A stretch of DNA of 64,000 bases from Candidatus Poribacteria bacterium (GCA_963663765.2 CAXXUA010000003.1:64001-128000), one strand, 5' to 3'. Shown: positions 10,435 to 21,997, counted from the first letter of the stretch. Numbers and translations are program-made. The notes: generated by a model not told the origin, from the letters alone.

Positions 10435-12966
10435 ATGTCAAACAACTTTCTGTCAAAATTGTTCCTTATCACCATCATCTTCCTCATCACCATCACACAC
10501 GCAACAGCACACCAAACTACCAACAACGACACAACCCACGCAACAGATTACTTCAACCACATCACCCTCTACGCCGATGGCAGAATCACACGTTTCACAC
10601 AGATGCCAATTCAGGTTTACATCTCACCATCCATAAAAGAGAGTGCCTACCTACCAGAACTCCGATACGCAATGCAAGAATGGGAAACAGCATCTGATAA
10701 TCTAATCAAATTCAAAGAAACCGATACACACGATAACGCAGACATTCATGTCAATGCAGGTGAAAATAGCATGGCAACCTACTTTGATATGCGACTCGGA
10801 AGCGCAGAATTGACGCGCCATAGGGATAGCACACAAGTTGTATTCTCACCCGAACCAACTGAAAACGAAGGAGATACACCAGCAGAATCTGATGGAGAGG
10901 AACAACCTTCAGACAACACAAATGCTATTGATTTTACCGTAGAGATTATTCTGATACCAGAAGGGGATGGTGCCGTTAGTGATGAATTGCAGAAAGAGAT
11001 GCGGACGGTGTCTCTACATGAATTTGGACACGCACTCGGTTTATGGGGGCATAGTCCTTTCAAAGACGATGTTAACTACACAAAAGCAACTGCACAACAA
11101 CCCTCCAAACGCGACGCAGACACGTTAATCAAACTCTATAACACACCTTTGAATACATCTCAGCATGATGTCGCTATAAATCTGCTAAAAATGGAAATTG
11201 AAGCGAAACCGAACCATCCGCTTTACCATTACCGCCTTGGAGCAGTCTACTATGACAAAGGCAACATGGAATTAGCATTGCAAAGTATACAGGAATGTCT
11301 CAGACTTGACCCCAAATTTAACACAGCATCACAGAAACTCTTACAAATCTATGATAACACCGGGCAGCAAACACTCGCAATTGACCTGCTGGAGAAAAAC
11401 CTTGACCAACCAGATAAAGAAAAAACCCAGCAAGAAACCTCTATAGCATATAACCATCTCGGTGTACTACACTATCAAAAAAACAACATAGATAAAGCAA
11501 TCCAAGCATTTGAAAAGGCTTTAGAACTCTCACCTCACAACAAAACCACAAAACGCAATCTGCATCAAATCTTTCTTGAAAGAACATTCAAATCCCTGAA
11601 AACAAAAGCCTATGAAACTGCTGAAACCTATGCCAAAAAAGCCATTGAACTTGAGCCGAAAGACACAACTGCCTATAAGTATTTAGGTTCCGGATATTCT
11701 CAATTAGGGAAGTATACAAAAGCGATTGAATACTACCAAAAAGCACTTAAGATTCAACCTACCGATCAGTTGACGCAGAAAAACCTCGCAAATAGTTATG
11801 TCGGATATGGCATAACATTGAAAGATCAGATGAAATGGGATGAAGCTATCTCCGCCTACAAGCAAGCACTCAAAATAGAACCGACCCTCCAAGTTGCAAC
11901 CACAAACTTGACTGATGCTTATTGGAAAAAGGCAAACGCACATCGTGCTTCGGGAAACATTGACCAAGCTATTGACGCTTACGACGAATTGAAAAAAATG
12001 CATCCCAATGAACCCGACCTATACAGCCTTCTCGGTGATTTATACCTCAAAAAAAGGAAATTTCAATCCTCTTTATCTGCATTCCAAATGGCTTCTACCC
12101 TAAAACCTGATGATCCACAGGCACAGCAAAACGTCATCGCAGTATATCTACAATACGCACAGCACCTAATAAATATAAAAGACTATAATACCGGAATTGA
12201 AAAACTTGTTAATGGTGTTGAGGAATTTCCAGACGATCTAAAGTTGCGACTGATCCTATCACAAGCATATCAGAATACAAACAAATTTGATAAAGCAAAA
12301 ACCGAATTGGAATATATACTGACGAAACAACCTGGACATCCACAAGCAGAAGCTGCCCTGTTTAACATGCAGGTGCGACGTGGAAACGAACTCATGCAAC
12401 AAAAGAAATACAGCGAATCTGTTGCAGCATTTGAAGGTATTCCAGAATCCAAAAAAACCACAGATATCCACAATATGATCGGCTATCTCTATATCATGAA
12501 GTCCGACCACTTGAAAGCGTTAGCAGCTTTTGAAACTACGCTTGCCAAAGAACCTCAAAACAATGTCGCCTATCAGAACTTGCAAGCACTTGAATCAAGA
12601 TTTGTTGTTCAACTTGAAAAATTGTCACCGCCAAAGAAAGAACTAACAGAAGGTGAAACAACGGCAAAAACTCAACCGAATGTAGCAAACAAACCTAAAA
12701 TTGATGCGGTTAAGACAAAGTTGCTTCATATACAATGTTCACTGTCAATCTGTCTACTCAATCGTGGAAACCCCAAAAACGCGTTAGCAAAATTCGAACA
12801 GGCATTGAAAAATAATCCTAATAAACCTGAACTACAGAAACTCCTGATTGATACAGGTAGAAAACTTGCTAACATATACCAGTCGCGGAATGACATCCAA
12901 AAACGCGATAAAGTCAAACAATTAATTCAACCGTTAGAAAGCAGCTTTGATGAATTAAAGAAATAA
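10435..12966 (+). CDS. Secreted M10/matrixin-like metalloprotease with TPR repeats
   Basis: Signal peptide from ATG 10435, HEFGHALGLWGH zinc motif, then many TPR repeats. Confidence 0.88.
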   Translation: MSNNFLSKLFLITIIFLITITHATAHQTTNNDTTHATDYFNHITLYADGRITRFTQMPIQVYISPSIKESAYLPELRYAMQEWETASDNLIKFKETDTHDNADIHVNAGENSMATYFDMRLGSAELTRHRDSTQVVFSPEPTENEGDTPAESDGEEQPSDNTNAIDFTVEIILIPEGDGAVSDELQKEMRTVSLHEFGHALGLWGHSPFKDDVNYTKATAQQPSKRDADTLIKLYNTPLNTSQHDVAINLLKMEIEAKPNHPLYHYRLGAVYYDKGNMELALQSIQECLRLDPKFNTASQKLLQIYDNTGQQTLAIDLLEKNLDQPDKEKTQQETSIAYNHLGVLHYQKNNIDKAIQAFEKALELSPHNKTTKRNLHQIFLERTFKSLKTKAYETAETYAKKAIELEPKDTTAYKYLGSGYSQLGKYTKAIEYYQKALKIQPTDQLTQKNLANSYVGYGITLKDQMKWDEAISAYKQALKIEPTLQVATTNLTDAYWKKANAHRASGNIDQAIDAYDELKKMHPNEPDLYSLLGDLYLKKRKFQSSLSAFQMASTLKPDDPQAQQNVIAVYLQYAQHLINIKDYNTGIEKLVNGVEEFPDDLKLRLILSQAYQNTNKFDKAKTELEYILTKQPGHPQAEAALFNMQVRRGNELMQQKKYSESVAAFEGIPESKKTTDIHNMIGYLYIMKSDHLKALAAFETTLAKEPQNNVAYQNLQALESRFVVQLEKLSPPKKELTEGETTAKTQPNVANKPKIDAVKTKLLHIQCSLSICLLNRGNPKNALAKFEQALKNNPNKPELQKLLIDTGRKLANIYQSRNDIQKRDKVKQLIQPLESSFDELKK

Positions 12967-13186
12967 TTGACGCTTATGATTTAGCGAATTACGTGATTCA
13001 GGCAATATAAATGTAAAAAACTTTACACTCCCAAACGATATTGGATATGTATTAGAAATGTATTGTTCCACCCCCCAGACAACTTGGAAATAAACATTCA
13101 TCATGCACTATAATATTAACATTACAACAAAAAGCAAGAACCACAATCAAATTCATAAAAAACTTGACACACACATTTTATATGTT

Positions 13187-13341
13187 ATACCATTTTCATG
13201 TGATAATGTCTCATTATCAGCGGAAATCTGGTAGGAGCGACCTCCCGGTCGCGACCGGGAGGTCGCTCCTACCGAAGAGAGTAACCCCCTGCCAGTAAAC
13301 AGTAGAATTCCTTAATGAGACAAGATTTATTTGAATTGGTA
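13187..13341. mobile_element. MITE with TACC ends carrying palindromic REP doublet GTAGGAGCGACCTCCCGGTCGCGACCGGGAGGTCGCTCCTAC
   Basis: TACCATTTTCA...TGAATTGGTA ends. Near-identical copy at about 21586-21734. Confidence 0.7.
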
Positions 13342-13734
13342 TTACAATACATATTGCACTATAAACATATAACAAAATATAAATGCAAACTTATGAAACT
13401 GACACATCAAAATCACAAAAATACAACAAATTTCAAAATGTTACACTTTTCTGAAAAATATATTTTAAAATTCGGAAAATCACAAATAAAAAGCCTGTTA
13501 TCCCTTGCTACTACTGGGTTTACAGCAAACTTTTAAATGTTTCCAAAAAAACGAAAAAAGTGTCCATTTGAAAACATTTTAAGAAAATTCGCCTATTAAA
13601 ATACCAAAAAATAACACACTCTATTTTGAATGCTACTGAACCTTTATATCTGTAGTACAAATTGAATGAAGATGATAAAATATTTTGATATTCCATATTT
13701 AACGCTTGTCCATGCAATCCGACCTGAAACTGGT

Positions 13735-13812
13735 GTCTTATCCGCGAAATCTGTGTAATCCGCGTAATCCGCGATTCTGAACCCAAATCCGCGAAATCTG
13801 TGTAATCCGCGA
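13735..13812 (+). repeat. Short tandem 9-mer repeats (AATCCGCGT/AATCTGTGT type)
   Basis: Repeated aatccgcg/aatctgtg units. Related clusters at about 10270-10300 and 58484-58525. Confidence 0.6.
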
Positions 13813-16800
13813 TGCCGAATAACGAAAACGAACAACCCGTGAATACCCTAAGAAAACTATATATCATCACAATTCTCATCTTCTCCCATGTCTCAATTCA
13901 ATCTGCCATCGCATTCCAACAGATGAAGTCATACACCGTAGCAGATGGACTATTAGATGCTGTCGTCCCCGTTATATTCCAGGATAGTCGTGGGATGCTC
14001 TGGTTCGGTTCTGAGCATGGCGGTGTGAGTCGTTTTGATGGGAAAACGATTGTTGCATTCGGTGCAACCTCACAGAACTTCTATGGCAGAACACAAAAGA
14101 TCGTTGAAGATAGATGGGGACATATCTGGTTTCTAAGCAAAAACCCATCTCAAGAAACAGGAGTCATCATCAGATATAACGGGGATACATTTGAGCATTA
14201 TGATAATGGCAACTGTCTTACTGTTGACACAGAAGGAAATATTTGGGTCGGGAGTCAAAACAGCATCACCCGATTTACTGCAACAAGTAGTCAAGATATA
14301 CCGAAAGGACTCCAACTTGACATCAGCAACACCTCTGATGCAAAGATAAACGCTATATTTCAAAGTCAAGATAGTACAATATGGGTCGGTGGAAATGACG
14401 CACAAGGAGTCTTTATCGTCTCTCTTCAAGGCAACATCATTGAGGGAAAAGCTGTAGACCTAAATCGGTTTGACAACATACCGACTCTTCCCAATGACCT
14501 TGCCGTTGATGCCATCACCCAGGATTCAGATGGACACCTCTGGTTTGCCGGAAAATCACTACTACTCCGTTTTGATGGTAACCAATTTGAACAGATTAGA
14601 GATACTCACGAAAACAAGAATGTCCAACAAGCACCTGATAAAATAGATAATGGTGCAGCATCCGTTAAAAGTGATAAACAAGGAAGGATATGGTATAGCG
14701 ACAATAAAAAACTACGTTGGAGCGACGGTAAAAAACTCACCAGGTTAAAAAATCTCAGTCTGGAAGCAAATCAAGACCCCTATCTACAAGGCACTTTTGG
14801 CACTGAAGACGCAATGGGGAGACTTTGGTTTGCAAGCAACATCGGCGTGCATCTATACGAAAACAACGATAATCCAAACGACGGTATAAACAATTCTCAA
14901 TTAGAATCTCTCCTTACGGGTTCAACACAAGTAACACACAGAATATTTCAAGTCAATCATGGACTTGGTAGTAATAACATTTTCACTATCTTTGAAGCGA
15001 TGGATGGAACACTCTGGTTTGGTCATGACAACGGAGTAACTGCATTGCAACCGCAACCAGCAATTGTGCAATACGGAACGCGTTCTATTTTAGGCAGCAG
15101 CAACGTTAAACTAATGTTTCCAGATAGCATTGGCACACTCTGGCTCAGCATTCCTGGTGGTATTGCCCGATATGTACCAAAAGACGATGAACTCTATAAA
15201 TACCCGTTAGCAGAAATCGATTTTGCAGACAATAGACATAGAAGTACTCAGAGAACAAATAGACCTACAGAAATAGTTAAGATATGTGAGATAGATGGAG
15301 ATATCTGGTTATTGGATAAACCAATTCAACACCAAGATGGATTTTCTTTATACAGAATATTCCGCTATAGAAATGGCTCGTTTGAGGAACTTTCTATTCA
15401 AATCGCCGCTAACATCGATCTTGATGGACAACCCATTTTCAGCAACCCAGGTCCGTTTCTATCTTCAGGTGCAGAACCGTGGATAGCATTAAACGGATGG
15501 CTTTTCCTTCCAAGAAAAAACGGATTGTACCAAATCTTACCAGATGGAAACACAAAAAGATTGGTTTTTGAAACAAGAACTTCTTTACCATCCGCATCAG
15601 ATACAATCTCATATATACATTCGGACAACCAAAACCGATTATGGTGCTATTTTGAAAAAGGTGAAGTGAAACGGTATACAAATATCCGCAATAACAACAC
15701 ACAACCTATTGGCAGAATTCACGATGAAATCCTACGGATAGGTTCAGTTATTCCCATTCCAAACATACCTACAGACAACTCTATAAAGTGGTTGTACAAT
15801 ACCGAAAGTAAGAAACTAATATATTGGAAAAACCTTGATATAACAAGACCAGCAATTGAACTACCAAATGCGTTTGTCGACCCGCCGTTATTGGCTGTGC
15901 AAACTGTTACTGTTTCCTCAGAACTTCAGCAGAAAAACAATGAAAATAATCCAACGACTTTTGTTTTCCAAGATGGTATTAAGACTTATGACGGTATTAC
16001 ATTACTAAATGAAGTTTCCACTGAAATCGGTAAGCTCAACAGTTCACTCGTTGCAACTGATGGAATACTCTGGTTAGCCACATCCAAAGGCTCAATCCAA
16101 TATAACGGAAAAGGGGTTACAACTTACACAAAAAATGATGGTTTCATTGTTGATGATTTGCGGGATGTAAAGGAAGATGACTGGGGTAATATCTGGTTCG
16201 CAACATTGGGTGGCGGTCTGATACGATACAATGGGGATACGTTTGAATCTATCACGACTAAAGACGGTCTTATTCATAACAACGTATCAAGTATTCATGT
16301 CTCAAATGAAGAAGACCTATGGTTTGGAACCGAAGGTGGAGCTACACAATATCGGGTCAGTCGTGGGGCACTTCCATTCTGTCGTATCATCTCTGTTCAT
16401 ACTGGAAAATCAAACACACAAACTATTAGGATGGAATCCCATAAAACCACTGATATTACTGAACTTCTCCCAGCAGGACTCAACCATTTGACTGTCCGTT
16501 TTCAAGGGATCAACCCACTCGGAGGAGACGTAACCTACAAATTTAGACTCATTGGCATAGACAACAACGAATGGACAACTGTTTCTCCTGACATCAAACA
16601 AGATATTTCTACATCATTTAAAGGTAGGGTTGTACAATATTATCAACCACCAAAACATGAAACATCAAAAGGGTTACCACAAATTCGTTTTGAAGGTTTG
16701 AAATCAGGAAATTACGCTTTTCTAATTACAGCATATCGCGAAGGTTGGCAATATGCACAACAACCCGCAATATTGAACTTCACTATCGACAAACCAATCT

Positions 16801-17684
16801 GGACAAAATGGCGTTCTTATCTCCCCTATACCATCTTATTCATAACAGTGGGTTCTTTGCTATTTAGACTCATCATCAACCGAAGACAAACAGCACGATT
16901 ACGACTTGAAATGCGCGAAAAAGAAGAAACCGAAATGAAACGTATCCGAGATGAACTGAGCGAAGCACAAAATATACAGATGGGACTATTACCGACTGAA
17001 GTACCACATTCACAAGTATTTGACTTCGCAGGAAAATCCATACCAGCAACACAAGTCGGGGGAGACTTCTACGATTACTTGACTGTCGCAAACGGACATA
17101 CGGCTATCGCTGTAGCAGACGCAGCGGGAAAAGGCATTAGGGGTGCAATGAGTGCTGTACTCACAAATGGAATGCTGTATGAAGTCGTACGCATCAAAAC
17201 GGAAGCACATCACATACTGCAGGAACTCAATGATGGAATAGCTCCACGTATACACGGACGCAATTTTATTGCACTAAACTTGGCAATACTCAACGAAACA
17301 GAAAAAACAGTTAACTACGCAAATGGCGGGCAACCTTATCCTATTCTCAAAAGAGGAACAAACATTACTGAAATTGATTGCAGCGATCTACCTCTTGGCA
17401 GTATGAAAAATGTTGAATATGATTCTGTAACTTTTGATTTAGAGGAAGGTGATTTTCTTATATTACATTCGGATGGTGTGATTGAAGCACTCAATTCTGA
17501 CCAAGAAATGTACGGTGTAGAACGGCTATTAGAACTAACTTCACGCATCCCTAACGAATGCAGTGCTGAAGAAGTGTTACAACGTATCGTAGATGATGTC
17601 CGAGTCTTTGTTCAGAACGCAGAACAATACGATGATTTAACACTTGTCGTTGTAAAATGTACGGAACCTATGCACCAACGGTAG
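13812..17684 (+). CDS. Membrane sensor with beta-propeller (Reg_prop/YYY-like) ectodomain and SpoIIE/PP2C phosphatase output
   Basis: Repeated xEDxxGxLWFG blades, one TM helix, then VGGDFYD, ADAAGKG, SDGVIEA and DDLTLVV PP2C motifs. Confidence 0.9.
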   Translation: MPNNENEQPVNTLRKLYIITILIFSHVSIQSAIAFQQMKSYTVADGLLDAVVPVIFQDSRGMLWFGSEHGGVSRFDGKTIVAFGATSQNFYGRTQKIVEDRWGHIWFLSKNPSQETGVIIRYNGDTFEHYDNGNCLTVDTEGNIWVGSQNSITRFTATSSQDIPKGLQLDISNTSDAKINAIFQSQDSTIWVGGNDAQGVFIVSLQGNIIEGKAVDLNRFDNIPTLPNDLAVDAITQDSDGHLWFAGKSLLLRFDGNQFEQIRDTHENKNVQQAPDKIDNGAASVKSDKQGRIWYSDNKKLRWSDGKKLTRLKNLSLEANQDPYLQGTFGTEDAMGRLWFASNIGVHLYENNDNPNDGINNSQLESLLTGSTQVTHRIFQVNHGLGSNNIFTIFEAMDGTLWFGHDNGVTALQPQPAIVQYGTRSILGSSNVKLMFPDSIGTLWLSIPGGIARYVPKDDELYKYPLAEIDFADNRHRSTQRTNRPTEIVKICEIDGDIWLLDKPIQHQDGFSLYRIFRYRNGSFEELSIQIAANIDLDGQPIFSNPGPFLSSGAEPWIALNGWLFLPRKNGLYQILPDGNTKRLVFETRTSLPSASDTISYIHSDNQNRLWCYFEKGEVKRYTNIRNNNTQPIGRIHDEILRIGSVIPIPNIPTDNSIKWLYNTESKKLIYWKNLDITRPAIELPNAFVDPPLLAVQTVTVSSELQQKNNENNPTTFVFQDGIKTYDGITLLNEVSTEIGKLNSSLVATDGILWLATSKGSIQYNGKGVTTYTKNDGFIVDDLRDVKEDDWGNIWFATLGGGLIRYNGDTFESITTKDGLIHNNVSSIHVSNEEDLWFGTEGGATQYRVSRGALPFCRIISVHTGKSNTQTIRMESHKTTDITELLPAGLNHLTVRFQGINPLGGDVTYKFRLIGIDNNEWTTVSPDIKQDISTSFKGRVVQYYQPPKHETSKGLPQIRFEGLKSGNYAFLITAYREGWQYAQQPAILNFTIDKPIWTKWRSYLPYTILFITVGSLLFRLIINRRQTARLRLEMREKEETEMKRIRDELSEAQNIQMGLLPTEVPHSQVFDFAGKSIPATQVGGDFYDYLTVANGHTAIAVADAAGKGIRGAMSAVLTNGMLYEVVRIKTEAHHILQELNDGIAPRIHGRNFIALNLAILNETEKTVNYANGGQPYPILKRGTNITEIDCSDLPLGSMKNVEYDSVTFDLEEGDFLILHSDGVIEALNSDQEMYGVERLLELTSRIPNECSAEEVLQRIVDDVRVFVQNAEQYDDLTLVVVKCTEPMHQR

Positions 17685-17788
17685 GCGGGGAATGCCTACA
17701 GAAGCATGCGCGTGTGGCATGCTCCATGATTCATACCGTTGATTTCTTGATTTGGCGCTGGTATATCAAGTACAACAGTTCTCCCCCG

Positions 17789-19399
17789 CTGGTATGCGTG
17801 CTTTGTAAGCGCGCCCCCCTACTGCCCCCCACGCAGGCGTGCTTTGTAAGCGCGCCGATTTTTTGGCAAGCGTTCTCCCAAACTGTAGGCGTGCTTTGTA
17901 AGCGTGCTCCGTTCTCCCAAAAACTGTAGGCGTGCTTTGTAAGCGCGCCGATTTTTTGGCAGGCGTGCTTTGCGAGCGTGCTCCCAAACTGCAGGCGTGC
18001 TTTGTAAGCGCGCTCCGTCTCCCAAAAACTGCAGGCGTGCTTTGTAAGCGTGCTCCGTTCTCCCAAACTGTAGGCGTGCTTTGTAAGCGTGCTCCGTTCT
18101 CCCAAAAACTGCAGGCGTGCTTGTAAGCGCGCCGATTTTTTTTTTGGCAAGCGTTCTCCCAAACTGCACAGGGTTATTCAGTTTTCAATATTTTTGATAA
18201 TATTTTACTATGTCGTTGATTTTATGTGTTGCCATCTTGTCCATGTCTTTAGTCCCGTAGGGACGATATGTTTATAGAAACATGTTATCTATCCCTCTTG
18301 AGTTCCGTAGGAACGACATAGAAGAATAAACATATCGTCCCTACCAAATCAACGCCAAATGCGCGTGTGGCATTTGGCGGGACTAAAGAGCTGGGGCGTG
18401 TATTCGTTTTCTATAAACATATCGTCCCTACCAAATCAACGCCAAATGCGCGTGTGGCATTTGGCGGGACTAAAGACCGATGTTCAGGTTTCAATAATCT
18501 AAAATTGATGTATAAGGTGCAGTTAGGAAACTGCATTTGGGTATTAACTTTCAGTAAATCAAAATAACAGAAAACTTTTAAAACTGAATAACCCTGCAAA
18601 CTGCAGGCGTGCTTTGTAAGCGCGCCGATTTTTTTGCAAGCGTTCTCCCAAACTGTAGGCGTGCTTTGTAAGCGCGCCGATTTTATGGTAGGCGTTCTCC
18701 CAAACTGTAGGCGTGCTTTGTAAGCGCGCCGATTTTATGGTAGGCGTTCTCCCAAACTGTAGGCGTGCTTTGTAAGCGCGCCGATTTTATGGTAGGCGCG
18801 CTTACAAAGCACGCCTGCAGGGGAATGGGGGGATGGCGCGCTTACAAAGCACGCCTGCAGGGGAATGGGGGGATGGCGCGCTTACAAAGCATGCCTGCAG
18901 GGGAGGGCGGGGATGGCGCGCTTACAAAGCACGCCTGCAGGGGAGGGCGGGGATGGCGCGCTTACAAAGCACGCCTGCAGGGGAGGGCGGGGATGGCGCG
19001 CTTACAAAGCACGCCTGCAGGGGAGGGCGGGGATGGCGCGCTTACAAAGCACGCCTGCAGGGGAGGGCGGGGATGGCGCGCTTACAAAGCACGCCTGCAA
19101 AAGGGATAAGAGGGGCGCGCTTGAAAAGCACGCCTGCAGTTATAGGGGCAGTTGAGGGGCGCGCTTGAAAAGCACGCCTGCAGTTATAGGGGCAGTTGGG
19201 GGGCGCGCTTACAAAGCACGCCTGCAGTTATAGGGGGCAGTTGGGGGGCGCGCGGACAAAGCACGCCTGCAGTGGGGGGCGGGGATGGCGCGCTTACAAA
19301 GCACGCCTGCAGTTGGGGGTGCAGGTGGGGGGCGCGCTTACAAAGCACGCCTGCAGGGGAGGGCAGGTGGGGGGCGCGCGGACAAAGCACGCATACCAG
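17789..19399. repeat. Large inverted array of REP unit GGCGTGCTTTGTAAGCGCGC
   Basis: About 13 copies in one orientation (17.79-18.78 kb), then about 15 reversed copies (18.80-19.40 kb, 40-44 bp period). Confidence 0.92.
18169..18596. mobile_element. CAGGGTTATT-type MITE with 9-bp target duplication
   Basis: TIRs CAGGGTTATTCAGTTTT/AAAACTGAATAACCCTG, flanked by CAAACTGCA at 18160-18168 and 18597-18605. Confidence 0.88.
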
Positions 19400-19501
19400 G
19401 GTGAGTTAAATAGAAATACCGATTCTATTTATTAATCTTCATATAGCATTCACACCGTTGATTCGGTGAGATCCTGGTTCAGACAAGGAAGACATGACGA
19501 T

Positions 19502-20341
19502 TTACTCTAATTCCGAGCAAATTTCCCCAACCAATTGGGCATTTTCACCAATCTGGTCACCAAATTGCTGATACATCCCAAGCAACAGAACATCATTCGG
19601 TTTGGTGTTCTCTATAGCAAATTTCAACTCCTCTCGGATCTGTTGTTTGCTGCCAATAACCCTGCCCGCAGCAAGCACTTTGAATATGATACAAGGTTTA
19701 TCTGTACGTTGGATCGCCTTGCACATCTCAATGCGATCCTCACGCGCATAGATTTCACCCAAAGGAGCATAACCGAACTTCTCTCTAAACTTCTCACTAC
19801 CACCTCGTAGGTTATAGAGTGCTGTCATATAATAGTCTATATCCCAATTTTCATCTTCAGCAATATGCAATAGTTTCGGGTCATGCACCGATAAACCCAC
19901 AAGCGTACCAGTGTCGCGAATCCGCTTCAGGAGATCCTGCAAGAAATCAAGTCTGTTTTCACGTAGACAACGTTGCCCAACACCACCTCCGTGGGGTGCC
20001 ATCCCCAACGGGTTATGCTTTGCGTCTTCAAAAACATGGTCAGGTTCATCATACCATACATAGCCTTGACTCAGACAGAACCAATGAACCTTGCCACCTT
20101 GATCACGGTATAACTTCAGGTCAGAAAGTGAACGTTCAGTCGCAGTATTCTGCCAACCATTTATACCAACTTCCTCTGCTCTATTAATTGTTGCTACGAC
20201 CCTTTCAGGTGTATGATACTCTTTCTGATGTTGCGAAAGCAGTTGATTGAAGTGGGAATATCCGTATATCGGATTATCCCCTATCAACAACTTGCTGATC
20301 TGATGATTGCAAAATGATACTTTCGGCAGGTTAGTTTCCAC
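19502..20341 (-). CDS. Conserved hypothetical protein, aldo/keto reductase-like TIM barrel
   Basis: ISKLLIGDNP start and KPCIIFKVLAAGR resemble AKR-related proteins. Follows the M42 gene. Confidence 0.6.
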   Translation of the reverse strand: METNLPKVSFCNHQISKLLIGDNPIYGYSHFNQLLSQHQKEYHTPERVVATINRAEEVGINGWQNTATERSLSDLKLYRDQGGKVHWFCLSQGYVWYDEPDHVFEDAKHNPLGMAPHGGGVGQRCLRENRLDFLQDLLKRIRDTGTLVGLSVHDPKLLHIAEDENWDIDYYMTALYNLRGGSEKFREKFGYAPLGEIYAREDRIEMCKAIQRTDKPCIIFKVLAAGRVIGSKQQIREELKFAIENTKPNDVLLLGMYQQFGDQIGENAQLVGEICSELE

Positions 20342-20382
20342 TGTTTAATCCTCTACAAACAATAGCACGTTTCAAAACGTGT

Positions 20383-21456
20383 CTAATCGAACAGAAATCC
20401 ATCAAAAACGGATGAGTCAATTTCACGCACAAGATGTATCGTTAAATCCAACGCTGCCGTGTAGTCATCAGTGTTTATAATGGAGACATGGCTATGAATA
20501 TAACGGGAAGGTACACCGAGTACAACAGAAGGGACACCTCTACCAAACTGATGAATTGCTCCGCCATCAGTGCCGCCAGATTGACGCACACCGAGTTGAT
20601 AAGGTATCTCATGCTTCTTAGCAGTCTCAACCACAAAATCAGCCAACTTTGGATTGACTATCATTGAAGAATCAATGATCCGTATTTGTACACCGCCGCC
20701 GAGTTTCCCTTGTGAGTTTCCGACACTTAATCCTGGTGTATCATCGCCAGGGGGTCCCTCAAGCACAATCGCGAGATCAGGTTCCACACTTGCTGCCATT
20801 GTCCTTGCCCCTCGTAGTCCTATCTCCTCCTGTACACTTCCCGCACCGATAACAGTGTTCGGATGCTCTTCAAGTTGCAACAGTGCATCAATAACGATTG
20901 CAACACCTACGCGATTATCAAACGCTTTGGCAGTCAGTAACTTCTCATTTTTCAGCCGCATAAAGGGTCCATAAGGTGCAATAGGACATCCGGGTAGAAT
21001 TCCGTACTCTTCTGCTGCTTGTTCTTCACTTTCAGCACCAACGTCTATGAAAAGGTCTTTGATGTCTATTACCTTGTCGCGCGATCCTGAAAGCAGGTGC
21101 GGCGGTGTTGAACCGACTACCCCCGGCACTTTCCCATTCTTCGTTGTGATATTGACACGTTGTGCCAACAGTGTGTGCGCCCACCAACCACCAAGCGGCA
21201 AAAACTTAACGAAACCCTTATCTGTGACGTTTGTCACAACAAAACCGATTTCGTCTAAATGTGAATCCAACACAATGCGTGGGTGTTCAGCATCTCCAGC
21301 GCGCGTACAAAAAATACTCCCCAATTTGTCGGTCTCAATCGGACCAACATCGGCGACAGCTTCACGAAAAACGTCTCGCACTTCCGCCTCATAACCAGGG
21401 ATTCCATCCGCTTGTGTTAGGGTCTTTAGTAACTCTATTGAAGTTTCATTCATCAT
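20383..21456 (-). CDS. M42 family aminopeptidase
   Basis: SHLDEIG, KAFDNRVG, VQEEIGLRGA, GGTDGG and RYIHS motifs. Confidence 0.93.
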   Translation of the reverse strand: MMNETSIELLKTLTQADGIPGYEAEVRDVFREAVADVGPIETDKLGSIFCTRAGDAEHPRIVLDSHLDEIGFVVTNVTDKGFVKFLPLGGWWAHTLLAQRVNITTKNGKVPGVVGSTPPHLLSGSRDKVIDIKDLFIDVGAESEEQAAEEYGILPGCPIAPYGPFMRLKNEKLLTAKAFDNRVGVAIVIDALLQLEEHPNTVIGAGSVQEEIGLRGARTMAASVEPDLAIVLEGPPGDDTPGLSVGNSQGKLGGGVQIRIIDSSMIVNPKLADFVVETAKKHEIPYQLGVRQSGGTDGGAIHQFGRGVPSVVLGVPSRYIHSHVSIINTDDYTAALDLTIHLVREIDSSVFDGFLFD

Positions 21457-21538
21457 TAAATTCCTTTACCATTCGTGTTATAATTTTGCACGATTATACC
21501 ACGATTCAGATTTTCTGCCAACTTTTATGTGAACTGAA

Positions 21539-21734
21539 CAGGGTTATTTAGTTTTAGGTATTTTTGATGATTTTTGCTATGACGTTTTTCATGTGATAAT
21601 GTCTCATTATCACATGAAATCTGGTAGGAGCGACCTCACGGTCGCGACCGGGAGGTCGCTCCTACCGAAGAGAGTAACCCCCTGCCAGTAAACAGTAGAA
21701 TTCCTTAATGAGACAAGATTTATTTGAATTGGTA
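21539..21734. mobile_element. CAGGGTTATT left end joined to a second copy of the 13187..13341 MITE
   Basis: Direct sequence similarity to both element families. Confidence 0.6.
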
Positions 21735-21997
21735 TAACAATCAATTTCGCACGCTGTACAGTTCGAAAGAGGATAGTAATACGATACCCATTACTTTTTA
21801 GGTGACTATCTCTTACAAGACCTCTTGCTTTTGATTTCAACCGGGCATTTGTTTGGACTTTACAACCCGGATCAATTAAACTTTTGTAAAAAAAGTAGAT
21901 ACTATATACATATTAAGTCTTTATGCATATATATTTTTATTTGTGTTTATTATACGACTTAATATGTATTTATATCGTGGCATAAGTTACACAGGGA

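Noticed and set aside
17789-19399. CRISPR array
   Set aside because: Spacers are short (about 15-30 bp), often identical or related, orientation flips mid-array, and no cas genes are present.
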